NCBI GenBank assembly: GCA_032128875.1
Contig: JAVLKG010000002.1
Coordinates: 256,001 to 320,000, forward strand
DNA from: Candidatus Melainabacteria bacterium 17Bon1m
Lineage (GTDB): Bacteria > Cyanobacteriota > Vampirovibrionia > Obscuribacterales > Obscuribacteraceae
Length of the DNA stretch: 64,000 nucleotides
Direction of reading: 5' to 3'
The translations under genes and the position numbers were made by a program. This document shows, piece by piece, positions 30,474-41,008 of the stretch. The notes beneath the pieces are model-generated. The model was not told where the DNA came from. It saw nothing but the letters and a program-made list of their open reading frames with translations, and did not search any database. The stretch's first letter is position 1; each line of letters starts with the position of its first letter.

Positions 30474-31286
30474 CTAGAGTGTTGTTTCTTCCAACGATTC
30501 GCCTCGCTGCTCTGCTGCTGCTACCTGAGCGGCATTGCGAATGTACTCCGGGAATTCGCCGGTGTTTCGGAATGTTTTGGCTTGCTCTGCAAGATCTGCA
30601 AGAACACCGTTGACGAATTTCGCTGCTTTTTCGTCAGCGAAGCGGTGGCACAATTCAACAGCTTCGCTGATAGCCACATTGATTGGCACTTCGTGAATGA
30701 AGAAAGCTTCTGCGCATGCGAGTCTGAGAATGTCTCTGTCGATAGAAACCATTCTGTCGACGTTCCACTTCGAACGCGTAGATTTGATGTACTCGTCGAT
30801 TTCTGCCTTGTGATCGATATAAGCATTAAGAAGCTTGATCAGGAAATCGCGAATTTCAGCATGCGAATATTTTTCGAATGTGGCCCTATTTGTGTGACCA
30901 CATTGTTTGCAAGGAATGTTGATTGATGAGCTGCCACTGGCGAGCGTCATTTCCGGAACATCCAGCGCTTCTGCGACTAAATGCAGTGCTCTTTCCACCT
31001 GAGCAATTTGCTCTCTCAATTGTTCGGTCGTGAATTGAACCGGCTTCAACACCTGCGTGGAGCGGGCATTGTCCTGGTGTTCTGCTTCGATGTTGTGCAA
31101 TTCGAAATTGGTCTTTTCGAGAATCGCGCCGGCGTCCAAAAGGTTTTGCTTGGCATAATCGGCCAGCATTCTCACTGTCTTTTCGACGAGTGCGCCCATC
31201 TCAAGCGCTTCGCCACCCTCCTTTGTCTTAGGGAGCTGTGGCATTAGGATAACTGCAATTTCGCGGGCAACGCGCCGGGCTGTCAT
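30474..31286 (-). CDS. nusB: Transcription antitermination factor NusB (long cyanobacteria-type)
   Basis: RRVARE start; IDRDILRLA, VAISEAVEL, KFVNGVL. Confidence 0.93.
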   Translation of the reverse strand: MTARRVAREIAVILMPQLPKTKEGGEALEMGALVEKTVRMLADYAKQNLLDAGAILEKTNFELHNIEAEHQDNARSTQVLKPVQFTTEQLREQIAQVERALHLVAEALDVPEMTLASGSSSINIPCKQCGHTNRATFEKYSHAEIRDFLIKLLNAYIDHKAEIDEYIKSTRSKWNVDRMVSIDRDILRLACAEAFFIHEVPINVAISEAVELCHRFADEKAAKFVNGVLADLAEQAKTFRNTGEFPEYIRNAAQVAAAEQRGESLEETTL

Positions 31287-31424
31287 GATCGGTCACTCAT
31301 ATATGGGATGCCAGTAGAAGCAAGTTGCCATGTTACCATGGTCCGGTGTTCAGCTGATTATGTTATGGACCGGCTCTTCATGCCTTAGTTCTAGATTATA
31401 AGTCGGCTTCAGGCGGAGCGAATT

Positions 31425-32003
31425 TTGCGTATTACGGGCGGTACAGCAAGAGGTAGGAGCGTCGAAAGTCCAATTGGGCTGGACGTTCGCCCTACGGGCG
31501 CGAAAGTTCGCCAGGCCCTTTTCAATATTCTTGCCTTTCGCATGAATGGAGCTAGATTTCTCGATATCTGTGCCGGGACGGGGCTGGTTGGTATCGAAGC
31601 GTTAAGCAGAGGCGCCGGGACGCTTGTTTCGATCGAGGAAAACCGGGCTGTGGCGAAAGCCGTAGACAACAGTCTCAAAAAGCTCAAGCTGGACGGCGAA
31701 GTAATTTGCGGCGATTGGAAACGTGTATTGCCAATTCTCGAGCCAAAATCCTTCGACATAATTTTTGCTGACCCGCCGTACAAATCTCCATATATCAAGG
31801 ACATACCGTTGTCAGTGGAAAAGTACGACCTTCTGGCCGATGGTGGGCTCTTGGTAATCGAACACCTGAAGGGATATAAGTTCTCGCAAGAGTGCACGGT
31901 ATTGTCTCTTCAGTCGACGCGCAATTATGGCCAAACTTGTTTGTCCTTCTTTTCAAAAAGCGAAGTTAGCCAGCGAGATCAAAGAGGCGAAAAAGGGCAA
32001 TAG
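31425..32003 (+). CDS. rsmD: 16S rRNA m2G966 methyltransferase RsmD
   Basis: MRITGG, VRPT, DICAGTG, EALSRGA, FADPPY. Confidence 0.95.
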   Translation: MRITGGTARGRSVESPIGLDVRPTGAKVRQALFNILAFRMNGARFLDICAGTGLVGIEALSRGAGTLVSIEENRAVAKAVDNSLKKLKLDGEVICGDWKRVLPILEPKSFDIIFADPPYKSPYIKDIPLSVEKYDLLADGGLLVIEHLKGYKFSQECTVLSLQSTRNYGQTCLSFFSKSEVSQRDQRGEKGQ

Positions 32004-32092
32004 TCCTAAAAGCCCATCTTTGCCGGAATACTTTGTAACTTAGTTATGGGTAGAACTGGTAAGCTATTTAGCCAGGATCTGCCATAAGAATA

Positions 32093-33337
32093 ATGACCGA
32101 TACGACACAACAGGCACAGGGAACAACCCACATACGAATTGGCGAGCTTCTCATGCAGTCGGAGATTCTTTCCTCCGATTTCATAAGAGACGCTCTAGAA
32201 CGCTTCGAACAGCGTGGTCTGCCGATCGGCAAAGTGCTTGTCATGTCAGGTTATCTCACGGAATCGGAATTGCGCCAGGCTCTGGAAGTCCAAAGTCTCG
32301 TCAATGACGGACATTTGCCTTTGGAATTGGGCGTCACCGTGTTGCGCGTAGCGCACAAAGAGCACATCTCACTTAATGATGCGTTTCAGCGCTCCGGCTT
32401 GGTCCAGCCTGAAGATCAAGAGACGAATCGACTCGGTCAATTGCTGGTTGCTGCCGGAATCGTCACTGACAGAGACCTCGAAGAAGCCCTTCAAATCAAT
32501 GTCCGCACCGGTTTGCCTCTGGGGCACGTATTTTGCTTCCATGGCTATGTATCGCAAGCGATCCTTTACACCGCGCTGCAAGTCCAGGAGTCTATTCGCC
32601 GCAATGCGATTGGCAGGCCGGAGGCAATTCTCGGCTTGAATGCTGCGGCTAAGCGAGAGCGTAGTTTAGAACGTTTGGAAATCAACAAAGGCTATCAGAA
32701 GCTCCCCATGAAGCAGGCTTTGCGCCTCGGTGAGATGCTCGTCGAAGCACGCGTGTTTGTCGACAAGTTGTTGCCGGATGCGCTTGTGCGTTCGCTGCAA
32801 TTTCAAAAACCGATAGGCGAAATTCTCGTGCAATCTCACTTTGCCACCGCCGAATTGATCGATGCTGCTGTCGAGATGCAGGAGATGATCGACAACGGAT
32901 GTTTGTTGCAAACAATGGCGAACGAAGTCCTGCTCAACATGCGCGCCAGCGAAGTTCCATTCGCAAGAGCGCTCGGTCAAGCCTGTACATTCCGCCATCG
33001 CAACAACCTGGCGAAAATCCTTGTAGAGCTGCTTGCGTCGGCTAAGGCTGTCACTTTGACAAAACTTACCAAAGACATTCAAGAGCGACTCGAGGTGAAT
33101 TACAACCAGATCAATGACGTGAGCAAACAGCTCTTAGAGCATGAGCTCGTTGATCCTGCCATGCTTTTCGCCGGTATGCGATGCGTCTATTTGGTCGATG
33201 TTAAGTTCATCAATATGGAACAGGCCGGTATCATCCTTGAGATTGTGAGCCAAACGCACGAGTCCGTAGACGAAGTTTTGCACACACTTGGATGGACGGC
33301 ACGAACCAGATTACGCGAACCGAAAAGCGCGCAGTAA
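32093..33337 (+). CDS. Stand-alone protein with three MshEN-like domains
   Basis: RIGELLMQS..PIGKVLVMSGYLTESELRQALEVQ; RLGQLLVAAGIVTDRDLEEAL; RLGEMLVEA..PIGEILV. Confidence 0.8.
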   Translation: MTDTTQQAQGTTHIRIGELLMQSEILSSDFIRDALERFEQRGLPIGKVLVMSGYLTESELRQALEVQSLVNDGHLPLELGVTVLRVAHKEHISLNDAFQRSGLVQPEDQETNRLGQLLVAAGIVTDRDLEEALQINVRTGLPLGHVFCFHGYVSQAILYTALQVQESIRRNAIGRPEAILGLNAAAKRERSLERLEINKGYQKLPMKQALRLGEMLVEARVFVDKLLPDALVRSLQFQKPIGEILVQSHFATAELIDAAVEMQEMIDNGCLLQTMANEVLLNMRASEVPFARALGQACTFRHRNNLAKILVELLASAKAVTLTKLTKDIQERLEVNYNQINDVSKQLLEHELVDPAMLFAGMRCVYLVDVKFINMEQAGIILEIVSQTHESVDEVLHTLGWTARTRLREPKSAQ

Positions 33338-33375
33338 TCGCTTTACAGTTGCAAGTTTTGAGCTTGCCTTTTTTA

Positions 33376-35730
33376 CTAACTGCAGCAACCGCCTGGTGGC
33401 TCCCCGCCATTATCTTCATTCGCTTTGGCGTCGTCTGTTTTTTGCCCGTTCATTTCGGGGGCAATAGCCATACGTCCTGTCGTTGTTGAAGGATACTTCA
33501 AGCGCTCATGGTGCAAGGTTCTCCACACTCGCACGAATGCCTGGCGAACTTTGATCAATTCCTGATAAGTAAGTGAAGACTCGTTGAATTGTCCGTCTTC
33601 CCAGCGATTTTGAAATACCTTATCAATTGCCAGCTCGACTTCTTCTTGCGTTGGATCGTGCATGCTGTGCGTCACGGCTTCAGAGACGTCAGCAAGCATC
33701 ACAATTGCTGTCTCTTTCGACTGCGGCTTGGGACCTGGATATCGGTAAAATTTCGAGTCGACATTTTCGACTCCATCGCGAACGCACGCTTTGTGATAGA
33801 AATACGCCATCAGCGATGTGCCCTGGTGCATGGGAATGAAGTCTTGCACAGCTTTTGGCAATCGGTACTTCTCAGCTAGATCAATGCCATCTGTGACGTG
33901 CGCGAGGACCCTTTGCCTGCTTTCTTCCGGGGTCATATCATCATGCGGATTTTTTGCGCCTAATTGATTTTCGATGAAGTATTTCGGGCGTGCCATTTTG
34001 CCGATGTCGTGATACAGAGCTCCTGCACGCACGAGGTTGACGTCACCGCCAATGGCGCGGGCGCCGCCTTCTGCAAGATTTGCGACAGCCAGGCTGTGCT
34101 GATAAGTACCTGGTGCAGTTTCTTCGAGTTGTCTGAGTAAAGGTTGCTCTGCATCGGTGATTTCCGCCAATCTGAAAGGTGTGACCATTCCGAAAATACT
34201 TTCTAGGAATGGCAAACTACCTATCGCTAGCATGCAAGAAACTACCCCTGCGAATAGCTCAAACAGCGTCGGACGCCCGAGGTGATGAACAGAGTCCAAT
34301 CCATTGAACATAATCGACGACAAAATAAATGCAACAGCTTGAGTCATGCCGACAACGAAGCCTGTGAGCATGAGCGAATTTCGATGTTTTGTATAACAAA
34401 CAACCGCCGCCACTGCTGCCGTACTCAATGCAATCAAATGCCGCCCTTCAATCAGCTGTGCAACAGCAAGAATGACTATCAGTGGAACGGTCAGGGCACT
34501 CGAAACCCTTCGTCCGAAAAATATGGTCCAGACAAGTGCCGCCGCTGGTAGTGGCACGAATTGAGGATAGTTGTCGCCGATTAAACTGGCTGCTGTTGCC
34601 ACTGCAATCGCAACGGCATACATGAGCCCGATTGAGTTTGTTTGGAACAAGTGACGCGCATCAAAGGTATAGACTACGCCTGCTGCCAGTGCGATTGCGG
34701 CAAGCAACGAAATGCCCAGACCTATGATCATCGGCAGTCTATTTGTCTGCGCCATGCCCAGTTCGCGAAGTGTTTCGACATCACCCTGGGTCAACAGTTG
34801 GTGCCTTTTGACGATAACAGAGCTTTTCGTAATCAGTTTATAGACGGGCGCAACGTGCGCGGCGCTTTGTTCTGCCTTCTCGGCAGTCGCTTTTTCGTTA
34901 ACTTGAACATTGGTTTGCAGTGCAGAAGCAATCACCTGCGCTGTTTTTGCTTTTCTGGCTTGCTGCCAATTTTCCGGGAGGAATTCAGCGATGACTGGCT
35001 CCCATTCGACACTGGTTTCATGAGGGTATCGCTTGTGAATAGCGAGCAGCTTGTTGCTTGCTTTTTCTACGCTTGACTTGAAAGCCGGTAACTCATCAGG
35101 CGGAACAGTCATTGCCAAATAAAATGTCGCATCAAGCGTCACAGGTCTTTGAGTGCGAAACCTCTTAATATGCGAGTGTTGTGTTTTCAGTGCTTCGACC
35201 AAGTGCGCATTGGCGGGTTGCGCGCTCAGTTTGGACACTTCGGCGTCAAATGTTTCATCGCTTGCCACTAAGGTCGAAAAGTGTGCCACCACCGAGTCTT
35301 TAGTCGCTTGATCTAATTGAGACCAGCCTGATTCGTCGTAGTAGGCTTTCAAGTTTTCAAAAACTTCTTCGAGCCGGTTTTTGCAAGTTTGATCGCCACT
35401 TCTGTCGACGGCGAATACTGGCACGGTTCCGCGCTGTGCACGTTCCTTCGCCACCGCTGTGGCAGCAAAGTCCGTAACTCTCATGTTTTGCGGCGCTTTG
35501 ATTGTGTTTTCCGCAAAGTCACCCGCACGCAGCTCGGGGCGTACCAGGTAGGTAGTGACCAGAGCGAGGAAGAGGAGTGTGAAACCGACAATACCCATCG
35601 TCAGCCAGTTGAAGAAGCTTCGGCCGGTGGGAAAAATGTCGTGGTGAATTTCTGGATGATAAACCGGTAGAGACGCGGTTTGAGCGGTTACCGATTTTGC
35701 ATTATAAGACGCCATAGTCCTGACTGGCAT
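33376..35730 (-). CDS. 7TM-HD family phosphohydrolase (PgpH-like cyclic dinucleotide phosphodiesterase)
   Basis: Extracellular domain + 7 TM + HD domain: APGTYQHS, GALYHDIGK, YFIENQ, HVTDG, HQGT, YRYPGPKPQSKE, MLAD. Confidence 0.92.
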   Translation of the reverse strand: MPVRTMASYNAKSVTAQTASLPVYHPEIHHDIFPTGRSFFNWLTMGIVGFTLLFLALVTTYLVRPELRAGDFAENTIKAPQNMRVTDFAATAVAKERAQRGTVPVFAVDRSGDQTCKNRLEEVFENLKAYYDESGWSQLDQATKDSVVAHFSTLVASDETFDAEVSKLSAQPANAHLVEALKTQHSHIKRFRTQRPVTLDATFYLAMTVPPDELPAFKSSVEKASNKLLAIHKRYPHETSVEWEPVIAEFLPENWQQARKAKTAQVIASALQTNVQVNEKATAEKAEQSAAHVAPVYKLITKSSVIVKRHQLLTQGDVETLRELGMAQTNRLPMIIGLGISLLAAIALAAGVVYTFDARHLFQTNSIGLMYAVAIAVATAASLIGDNYPQFVPLPAAALVWTIFFGRRVSSALTVPLIVILAVAQLIEGRHLIALSTAAVAAVVCYTKHRNSLMLTGFVVGMTQAVAFILSSIMFNGLDSVHHLGRPTLFELFAGVVSCMLAIGSLPFLESIFGMVTPFRLAEITDAEQPLLRQLEETAPGTYQHSLAVANLAEGGARAIGGDVNLVRAGALYHDIGKMARPKYFIENQLGAKNPHDDMTPEESRQRVLAHVTDGIDLAEKYRLPKAVQDFIPMHQGTSLMAYFYHKACVRDGVENVDSKFYRYPGPKPQSKETAIVMLADVSEAVTHSMHDPTQEEVELAIDKVFQNRWEDGQFNESSLTYQELIKVRQAFVRVWRTLHHERLKYPSTTTGRMAIAPEMNGQKTDDAKANEDNGGEPPGGCCS

Positions 35731-35948
35731 TCATGCGGGCAGTAAGTCGATCCTAGTGAATTATGCCCTAAATCGCCCATCTATTTATGTATTGGTTATG
35801 TATTCGGTCCGTATTTCCTGTTTTTCAGTGCTTTTTTGGCGCTTCGCGCTCAAAAATGCCCTAGTTTTATCGACTTCGATCCATGCGTTGGTAGGCGTGC
35901 AAGCCCGCAAAGGCTCACCTGGCTGGAAAATTGTTCTTCCCGTTGAGA

Positions 35949-36992
35949 CTAGTCGAGATTTACGGTCTTCTTAACTGTGTAAACGCGCTTGTCTTGTGAC
36001 TCGTGGTAAGTCCGGACAAGGATTTCCGCGAGCAAACCCATCAAGATCAGCTGGATGCCGACCATGAAGAACATGGAGACAATCACAGGCAGCGGCGTTT
36101 CGATAAAGGAAGTGCCATAACCGTATTTCAGTACGACCATCCAGGCAAAAGCGGCCGCACAAGCTGCAAGCGACCAGAGTCCGGCAGAGCCGAAGATATA
36201 GATAGGTTTGGTCAGATACGAGGACATGAACTTGATGGTGATCAAGTCCAGCACGACCTTGAATGTACGGTTGATGCCGTATTTTGATTGTCCAAATTGA
36301 CGAGCATAGTGATTTACTGGAATTTCAGTGACTTTTGCACCCATCCAGCTAGCGTAAATTGGCACGAATCGGTGCATCTCGCCGTACAGGCGCACACCTT
36401 CGAGAACCTCGCGGCGGTAGGCTTTCAGAGAGCAGCCATAGTCATGCAGAGCGACACCGCTTATGACAGAGATGATCTTATTGGCTGTCCAAGAAGGAAT
36501 CAGGCGCAGCATCAGCCCGTCTTTGCGCTTCTTACGCCAGCCGCTGACACAGTCGAAGCCTTCTTCCAATTTTTCGATTAGTCTGCCGATGTCGGCCGGA
36601 TCGTTCTGCAAATCGGCATCCATCGGGATAATGATGCTGCCTTTGGCGTGGTCGATACCTGCAGACAATGCCGCGGTCTGACCGAAATTTCGAACAAAAC
36701 GAACTAATTTGACGCGCGAGTCTTTGAGCGCGATCTTTTCTAGTTTTTCAAAACTCTTGTCTTTCGAGCCGTCATCTACCAACACCACTTCCCAGGTGCG
36801 ACCGACCACTTCTGCGGCGGCCACGATTTTTTGATACAGAAGCTCTACATTTTCTTCTTCGTTATATACCGGTATCACAAGTGATATGCCGGGTCTGTTC
36901 GGGTGCGCAGCAATCGATTTGCTGTTGCCTTCCGGGGCAAAAGTAAGCGTCTGCGCTTGAGTGCTGATGTTTACGTCGCTGCCTGTCGTCAT
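35949..36992 (-). CDS. GT2 polyprenol-phosphate glycosyltransferase (ArnC/GtrB-like)
   Basis: VIPVYNEE, DDGSKD, RNFGQ, MDADLQNDP, two C-terminal TMs. Confidence 0.93.
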   Translation of the reverse strand: MTTGSDVNISTQAQTLTFAPEGNSKSIAAHPNRPGISLVIPVYNEEENVELLYQKIVAAAEVVGRTWEVVLVDDGSKDKSFEKLEKIALKDSRVKLVRFVRNFGQTAALSAGIDHAKGSIIIPMDADLQNDPADIGRLIEKLEEGFDCVSGWRKKRKDGLMLRLIPSWTANKIISVISGVALHDYGCSLKAYRREVLEGVRLYGEMHRFVPIYASWMGAKVTEIPVNHYARQFGQSKYGINRTFKVVLDLITIKFMSSYLTKPIYIFGSAGLWSLAACAAAFAWMVVLKYGYGTSFIETPLPVIVSMFFMVGIQLILMGLLAEILVRTYHESQDKRVYTVKKTVNLD

Positions 36993-37281
36993 CTATTACG
37001 AGCCTATTGTTGGTCAGAGACATTATCTTGCAGTTCTCTTGACTGGTGTGCTCACCTTGAGATCTTTTCATGATGTACGTTACAGCAGGAAAGGCATGTT
37101 TGCTTTGCAATAATTAGATGAAGCCCGACCAGCTCACAATCGGCAGATTGAGAAAAACTCATTTTTGCTTTGTACGTAAAATGACTAGATTTCTCTTATG
37201 TAGAAACACCGGATTTGAAATGGTTGTCTTTAGTTTTTGTAAGTTAGTAGCACAAGCTAGTAGGTCAAAAAACGTTCGCGA

Positions 37282-38478
37282 ATGACTATTGTTCCAACAA
37301 ATGGCGAGAAGAAAGACAGGAAGGACAGCAAGGACGGTCCTGGGCAGTCCAAGGCGGATACGCCTGAAAAGCTTGAAAAACTGGAAAAACCTGAGAAACA
37401 GCCGGCCGCCGAGCGCGATTTGAAGGCGAAAGCTAATCGCACGCAGGTTCTATCTGCCAAGGAAACGGCAGCCGATTTGAAGTCCGACGCCACTTTGCGC
37501 CCCCAGACTTTGGAAGAGTACATTGGTCAGAGTCGATTGAAGACCATGCTTACGATGTCTATTGGCGCAGCAAAGTCACGCGATGAAGCACTGGATCATG
37601 TTCTTTTTTACGGTCCGCCTGGTCTGGGAAAAACAACTCTCGCACGCGTAATTGCAAATGAGATGGGCGCGCGCATTCATATGACGTCGGGCCCCAGCCT
37701 GGAGCGCCCGCGCGACATCATCGGGCTTGTTCACCAGTTGGAAGCAGGCGATGTCCTATTTATTGATGAAATCCATCGTCTCAGCCGCGTAGCCGAAGAA
37801 CTTCTCTATCCTGCAATTGAAGATTTCGTAATTGATTTGACCTCCGGCAAAGGTCATGCGACACGGACGATGCGCCTTCCATTGCCGAAGTTCACTCTCA
37901 TTGGCGCTACCACTAAAGCAGGCATGATTTCGAACGCACTGCGCGATCGTTTTGGATTTGTCTTGCGATTGGAATTTTATTCCAAAGAAGAACTTTCTTT
38001 GATCGTCGCTCGTACAGCCAAATTATTGAATGTACCGATGACTCAGGACGCCGTGGTGGCAATTGCCGGACGCGCCAGAGGCACGCCGCGTATTGCCAAT
38101 CGTTTGGTGCGTCTTGTTCGCGACTACGGTCACTTCCAGGGCGCCGAGACCGTTACGGAGGACATTGCCGTGGCGGCTCTTGATTCGTATCAAGTTGATG
38201 CTTTTGGCCTTGATGCGACAGACAGACGAATGCTCGAAATCTTGATTGAGCACTACCAAGGCGGTCCAGTTGGTATTGAAACCATCGCAGCCACACTGGG
38301 CGAAGACTCTGACACACTAGAAGATGTGTACGAACCGTTTCTCATACAAGCCGGTTTTATTCAACGCACTCCGCGCGGTCGTTGTGCGACTCCGCAGGCG
38401 TACACGCATTTAGGCCGAACACCGATGAACAACCACCTCGGCGCGGGGCAGCTGGGCATCGAGTTCAACAAGGAGTGA
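37282..38478 (+). CDS. ruvB: Holliday junction DNA helicase RuvB, with a ~65 aa charged N-terminal extension
   Basis: LRPQTLEEYIGQ, GPPGLGKTT, FIDEIHR, RGTPRIANRL, YEPFL, RTPRGR. Confidence 0.97.
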   Translation: MTIVPTNGEKKDRKDSKDGPGQSKADTPEKLEKLEKPEKQPAAERDLKAKANRTQVLSAKETAADLKSDATLRPQTLEEYIGQSRLKTMLTMSIGAAKSRDEALDHVLFYGPPGLGKTTLARVIANEMGARIHMTSGPSLERPRDIIGLVHQLEAGDVLFIDEIHRLSRVAEELLYPAIEDFVIDLTSGKGHATRTMRLPLPKFTLIGATTKAGMISNALRDRFGFVLRLEFYSKEELSLIVARTAKLLNVPMTQDAVVAIAGRARGTPRIANRLVRLVRDYGHFQGAETVTEDIAVAALDSYQVDAFGLDATDRRMLEILIEHYQGGPVGIETIAATLGEDSDTLEDVYEPFLIQAGFIQRTPRGRCATPQAYTHLGRTPMNNHLGAGQLGIEFNKE

Positions 38479-38488
38479 AGAAGTAGTC

Positions 38489-39865
38489 GTGGGCTTTATT
38501 GCAAGAGCACCGCTTTTTCTTTGTTGTGCTCTCGTCGCTGTTTTTCTTTCGTTTGTTGTGCTGGCGTCTGACGCCGCGCCATCGGCTGACGCCGCGCCAT
38601 CGGCTGACGCCAAGCCATCCGCTGGCGCTAAGCCTTCCGTGGATGCCCAGACTTCCTCTGCTACCCAGCCTTCCACTGACGCAAAGAAACCGACAGCTCG
38701 CATCGTCGAGCGTGGCAACGGGCCGATTGACGAGTCTTTCGTTGTTGGCAAAGTGAAAGCCGTCTCTGCCGCGAAAGTTGATCAGTTCTTGCTCGACAAA
38801 ACCGGCATGGTGAGCAATCGGCAGGTCGTCGAGGTTGAAGTCACCGAAGGTCCACTGAGCGGGCAAACCTTCACGGTCATGAATGAAATCACCGACAATC
38901 CTTCTTTCAATGTTTCTGTCACACCCGGTCAGGAAGTAATACTGTCGGTGGTGACAGGAGGGGGCGATCGCGAGGTCAACATCGCTGACTATCACAGGGC
39001 TCCCATCATTGTCGGTCTGGCAGTGGTTTTCCTTGCTGCATTCCTTTTCTTTGGCGGCAAGCAAGGATTTAAATCACTTGCAGGTTTGGTCGCTACCGTA
39101 GCACTTATTGCATTTGTTCTTCTTCCTATGAGTCTCAGCGGTTTCGATCCGCTTGTCGTGGCAATCTTCATTTGCCTTGCTGCGGCATCATGCAGCATGT
39201 TTTTTGTGGCTGGTTTTTCACGCAAAGCATTTGCGGCCGTTATCGGCACCGTAGGTGGTGTGATCGTCGCGGGCGTTTCAGCAGAGATTGTTATTGCTTT
39301 TGCCCCACTCACCGGTCTTTCAAGTGAGGAGGCACAAATCTTGCGAGGCTCTTTGCTCAATCAAAAGCCTGTCTTCTTTAGTGGACTTCTCGCGGCGGGC
39401 ATGTTGATTGGTGCATTGGGCGTCATTATGGATGTGGCAATATCCATTTCTTCCACAGTGACTGAAGTCGCGCGCACTGCCGCGAACCCCACCTTCAAGC
39501 TCCTCTACAACGCCGGAATGAATGTCGGTCGCGACATTATGGGTACAATGACCAACACCCTCGTGCTCGCTTATGCCGGTGGCGCATTGCCCTTGCTTTT
39601 GCTGGCCAGGCAGATGCCCTCAGTGAAGTTAATCAATCTTGATCTGTTTGCAACAGAAATAGCATCAGCCTTGAGCGGCAGTCTGGGCCTGGTTTTTACT
39701 ATCCCACTTACAGCCCTTGTGTCGGCTTATCTAATCGGTCGTGCTGGAAACACCACTTCCATATCAGGTAAAAAGGAGCAAGAAGATGAGGGCATTCGGA
39801 TCGAGGACATGCCAGAAGGCGGTGCGCTGACACCTAGCAAAGACCAGTCAGAGGGGATTCGATGA
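38489..39865 (+). CDS. YibE/F family membrane protein
   Basis: IGALGVIMDVAISISS, GMNVGRDIMGTMTNTLVLAYAG, GSLGLVFTIPLT. Confidence 0.9.
   Translation: MGFIARAPLFLCCALVAVFLSFVVLASDAAPSADAAPSADAKPSAGAKPSVDAQTSSATQPSTDAKKPTARIVERGNGPIDESFVVGKVKAVSAAKVDQFLLDKTGMVSNRQVVEVEVTEGPLSGQTFTVMNEITDNPSFNVSVTPGQEVILSVVTGGGDREVNIADYHRAPIIVGLAVVFLAAFLFFGGKQGFKSLAGLVATVALIAFVLLPMSLSGFDPLVVAIFICLAAASCSMFFVAGFSRKAFAAVIGTVGGVIVAGVSAEIVIAFAPLTGLSSEEAQILRGSLLNQKPVFFSGLLAAGMLIGALGVIMDVAISISSTVTEVARTAANPTFKLLYNAGMNVGRDIMGTMTNTLVLAYAGGALPLLLLARQMPSVKLINLDLFATEIASALSGSLGLVFTIPLTALVSAYLIGRAGNTTSISGKKEQEDEGIRIEDMPEGGALTPSKDQSEGIR
38566..38660 (+). repeat. 18-bp in-frame tandem repeat (ADAAPS-like, about 5 degenerating copies)
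   Basis: CTGACGCCGCGCCATCGG twice, then GCTGACGCCAAGCCATCC, GCTGGCGCTAAGCCTTCC, etc. Confidence 0.85.
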
Positions 39866-40761
39866 AAAGAATTCTCTACGGCTTCGCACTTTTCTTTATT
39901 GCAGTTGCCAGCATTTTGTGGGGTGGACTGATTTTTCCACTTGTCATGGCTTTCGCGTGTTATTGGGGCGGTAACGAATTCGTCAATATGTCCAGGGCGA
40001 AAGGGTTTAAACCATCGCCCCGGATTGTAAAGGGAATGATTCTGGCATTCTTTGCGGTTGCCTCGTTGCCGGTTATTCCTGGTTTAAACATCCCCTGCAC
40101 CTATCCGCTCGAGCACTATCCGCTGCTTTTGACGGTTGGAATTTGCCTGTCATTTTTTCGGCTGCTTTTTCGTCATGAGTCGCCGCCCGCAACTATTGCG
40201 GACATCGCCACCACGATTTTGGGTTTCATCTATGTAGGTTTTCTCCCTAGCCATCTGGTTTTGCTGAGAAATTTGACGGCGCCCGGAGTTCCCCAGGCGG
40301 TCAATCCACTGCAGCAGCCTGGTCTTGCGTATGTTTGGGTGTGCCTTTTTATCGTTTGGGCGACTGATGTCTTCGCATATTACGCGGGCAAAAAGTTTGG
40401 GAAACATTTGCTCTACCCTCAGATAAGTCCCAAAAAGACGATAGAGGGAGCCGTTGCCGGGCTTTTGGCTTCAATATTTTGGGCCACTGTGGTGGTATAT
40501 GCCGCTGACAATTTCTTGTTTGTAAACACTCATCCATTTCGCGACAAAATCTGGCATGCGCCGCTGATGGGGCTTTTCGTCTCGGTCGGGGCTCAATTAG
40601 GAGATCTTTGCGAATCACTTCTCAAGAGAGACGCAGGGATGAAGGACTCTAGCGACGCAATCCCTGGCCACGGCGGGCTCTTGGATAGAGGCGATAGCTT
40701 GATTTTTGGCTCCCCGATTAGCTACTACTGGATATGGATCGTAGTTTTGGGACATTTTTAA
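39862..40761 (+). CDS. cdsA: Phosphatidate cytidylyltransferase
   Basis: WATDVFAYYAG, ISPKKTIEG, GDLCESLLKRDAGMKDS..IPGHGGLLDRGDS. Confidence 0.95.
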   Translation: MKRILYGFALFFIAVASILWGGLIFPLVMAFACYWGGNEFVNMSRAKGFKPSPRIVKGMILAFFAVASLPVIPGLNIPCTYPLEHYPLLLTVGICLSFFRLLFRHESPPATIADIATTILGFIYVGFLPSHLVLLRNLTAPGVPQAVNPLQQPGLAYVWVCLFIVWATDVFAYYAGKKFGKHLLYPQISPKKTIEGAVAGLLASIFWATVVVYAADNFLFVNTHPFRDKIWHAPLMGLFVSVGAQLGDLCESLLKRDAGMKDSSDAIPGHGGLLDRGDSLIFGSPISYYWIWIVVLGHF

Positions 40762-40829
40762 GCGAGCAGGAGACCCTGAGCGCTATGTATGATATGTTCT
40801 ATAGACCTGCCCGAATCGGGCGCGTTCTT

Positions 40830-40919
40830 GGAGAGGTGGCTGAGTGGTCGAAAGCGGCTTCCTGCTAAGAAGTTGTACGGTCAAAAGCTGTACCGAGGGT
40901 TCGAATCCCTCCCTCTCCG
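40830..40919 (+). tRNA. tRNA-Ser (anticodon GCT), long variable arm, CCA not encoded
   Basis: GGAGAGG/CCTCTCC acceptor, GCTTC-CT-GCT-AA-GAAGT anticodon arm, GGTTCGAATCC T-arm. Confidence 0.96.
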
Positions 40920-41008
40920 AATCTTTCGAACCAAACTGAACCCAGCGATGCTCGCGCGCCAAGTGCCGGAGAGTCGCTAAGTGCTTTTGGGACTGCTACA
41001 GTTTTTCA

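Noticed and set aside
4996-38478. ruvA and ruvB lying 32 kb apart
   Set aside because: Unlinked ruvA/ruvB is common in Cyanobacteria, so not novel
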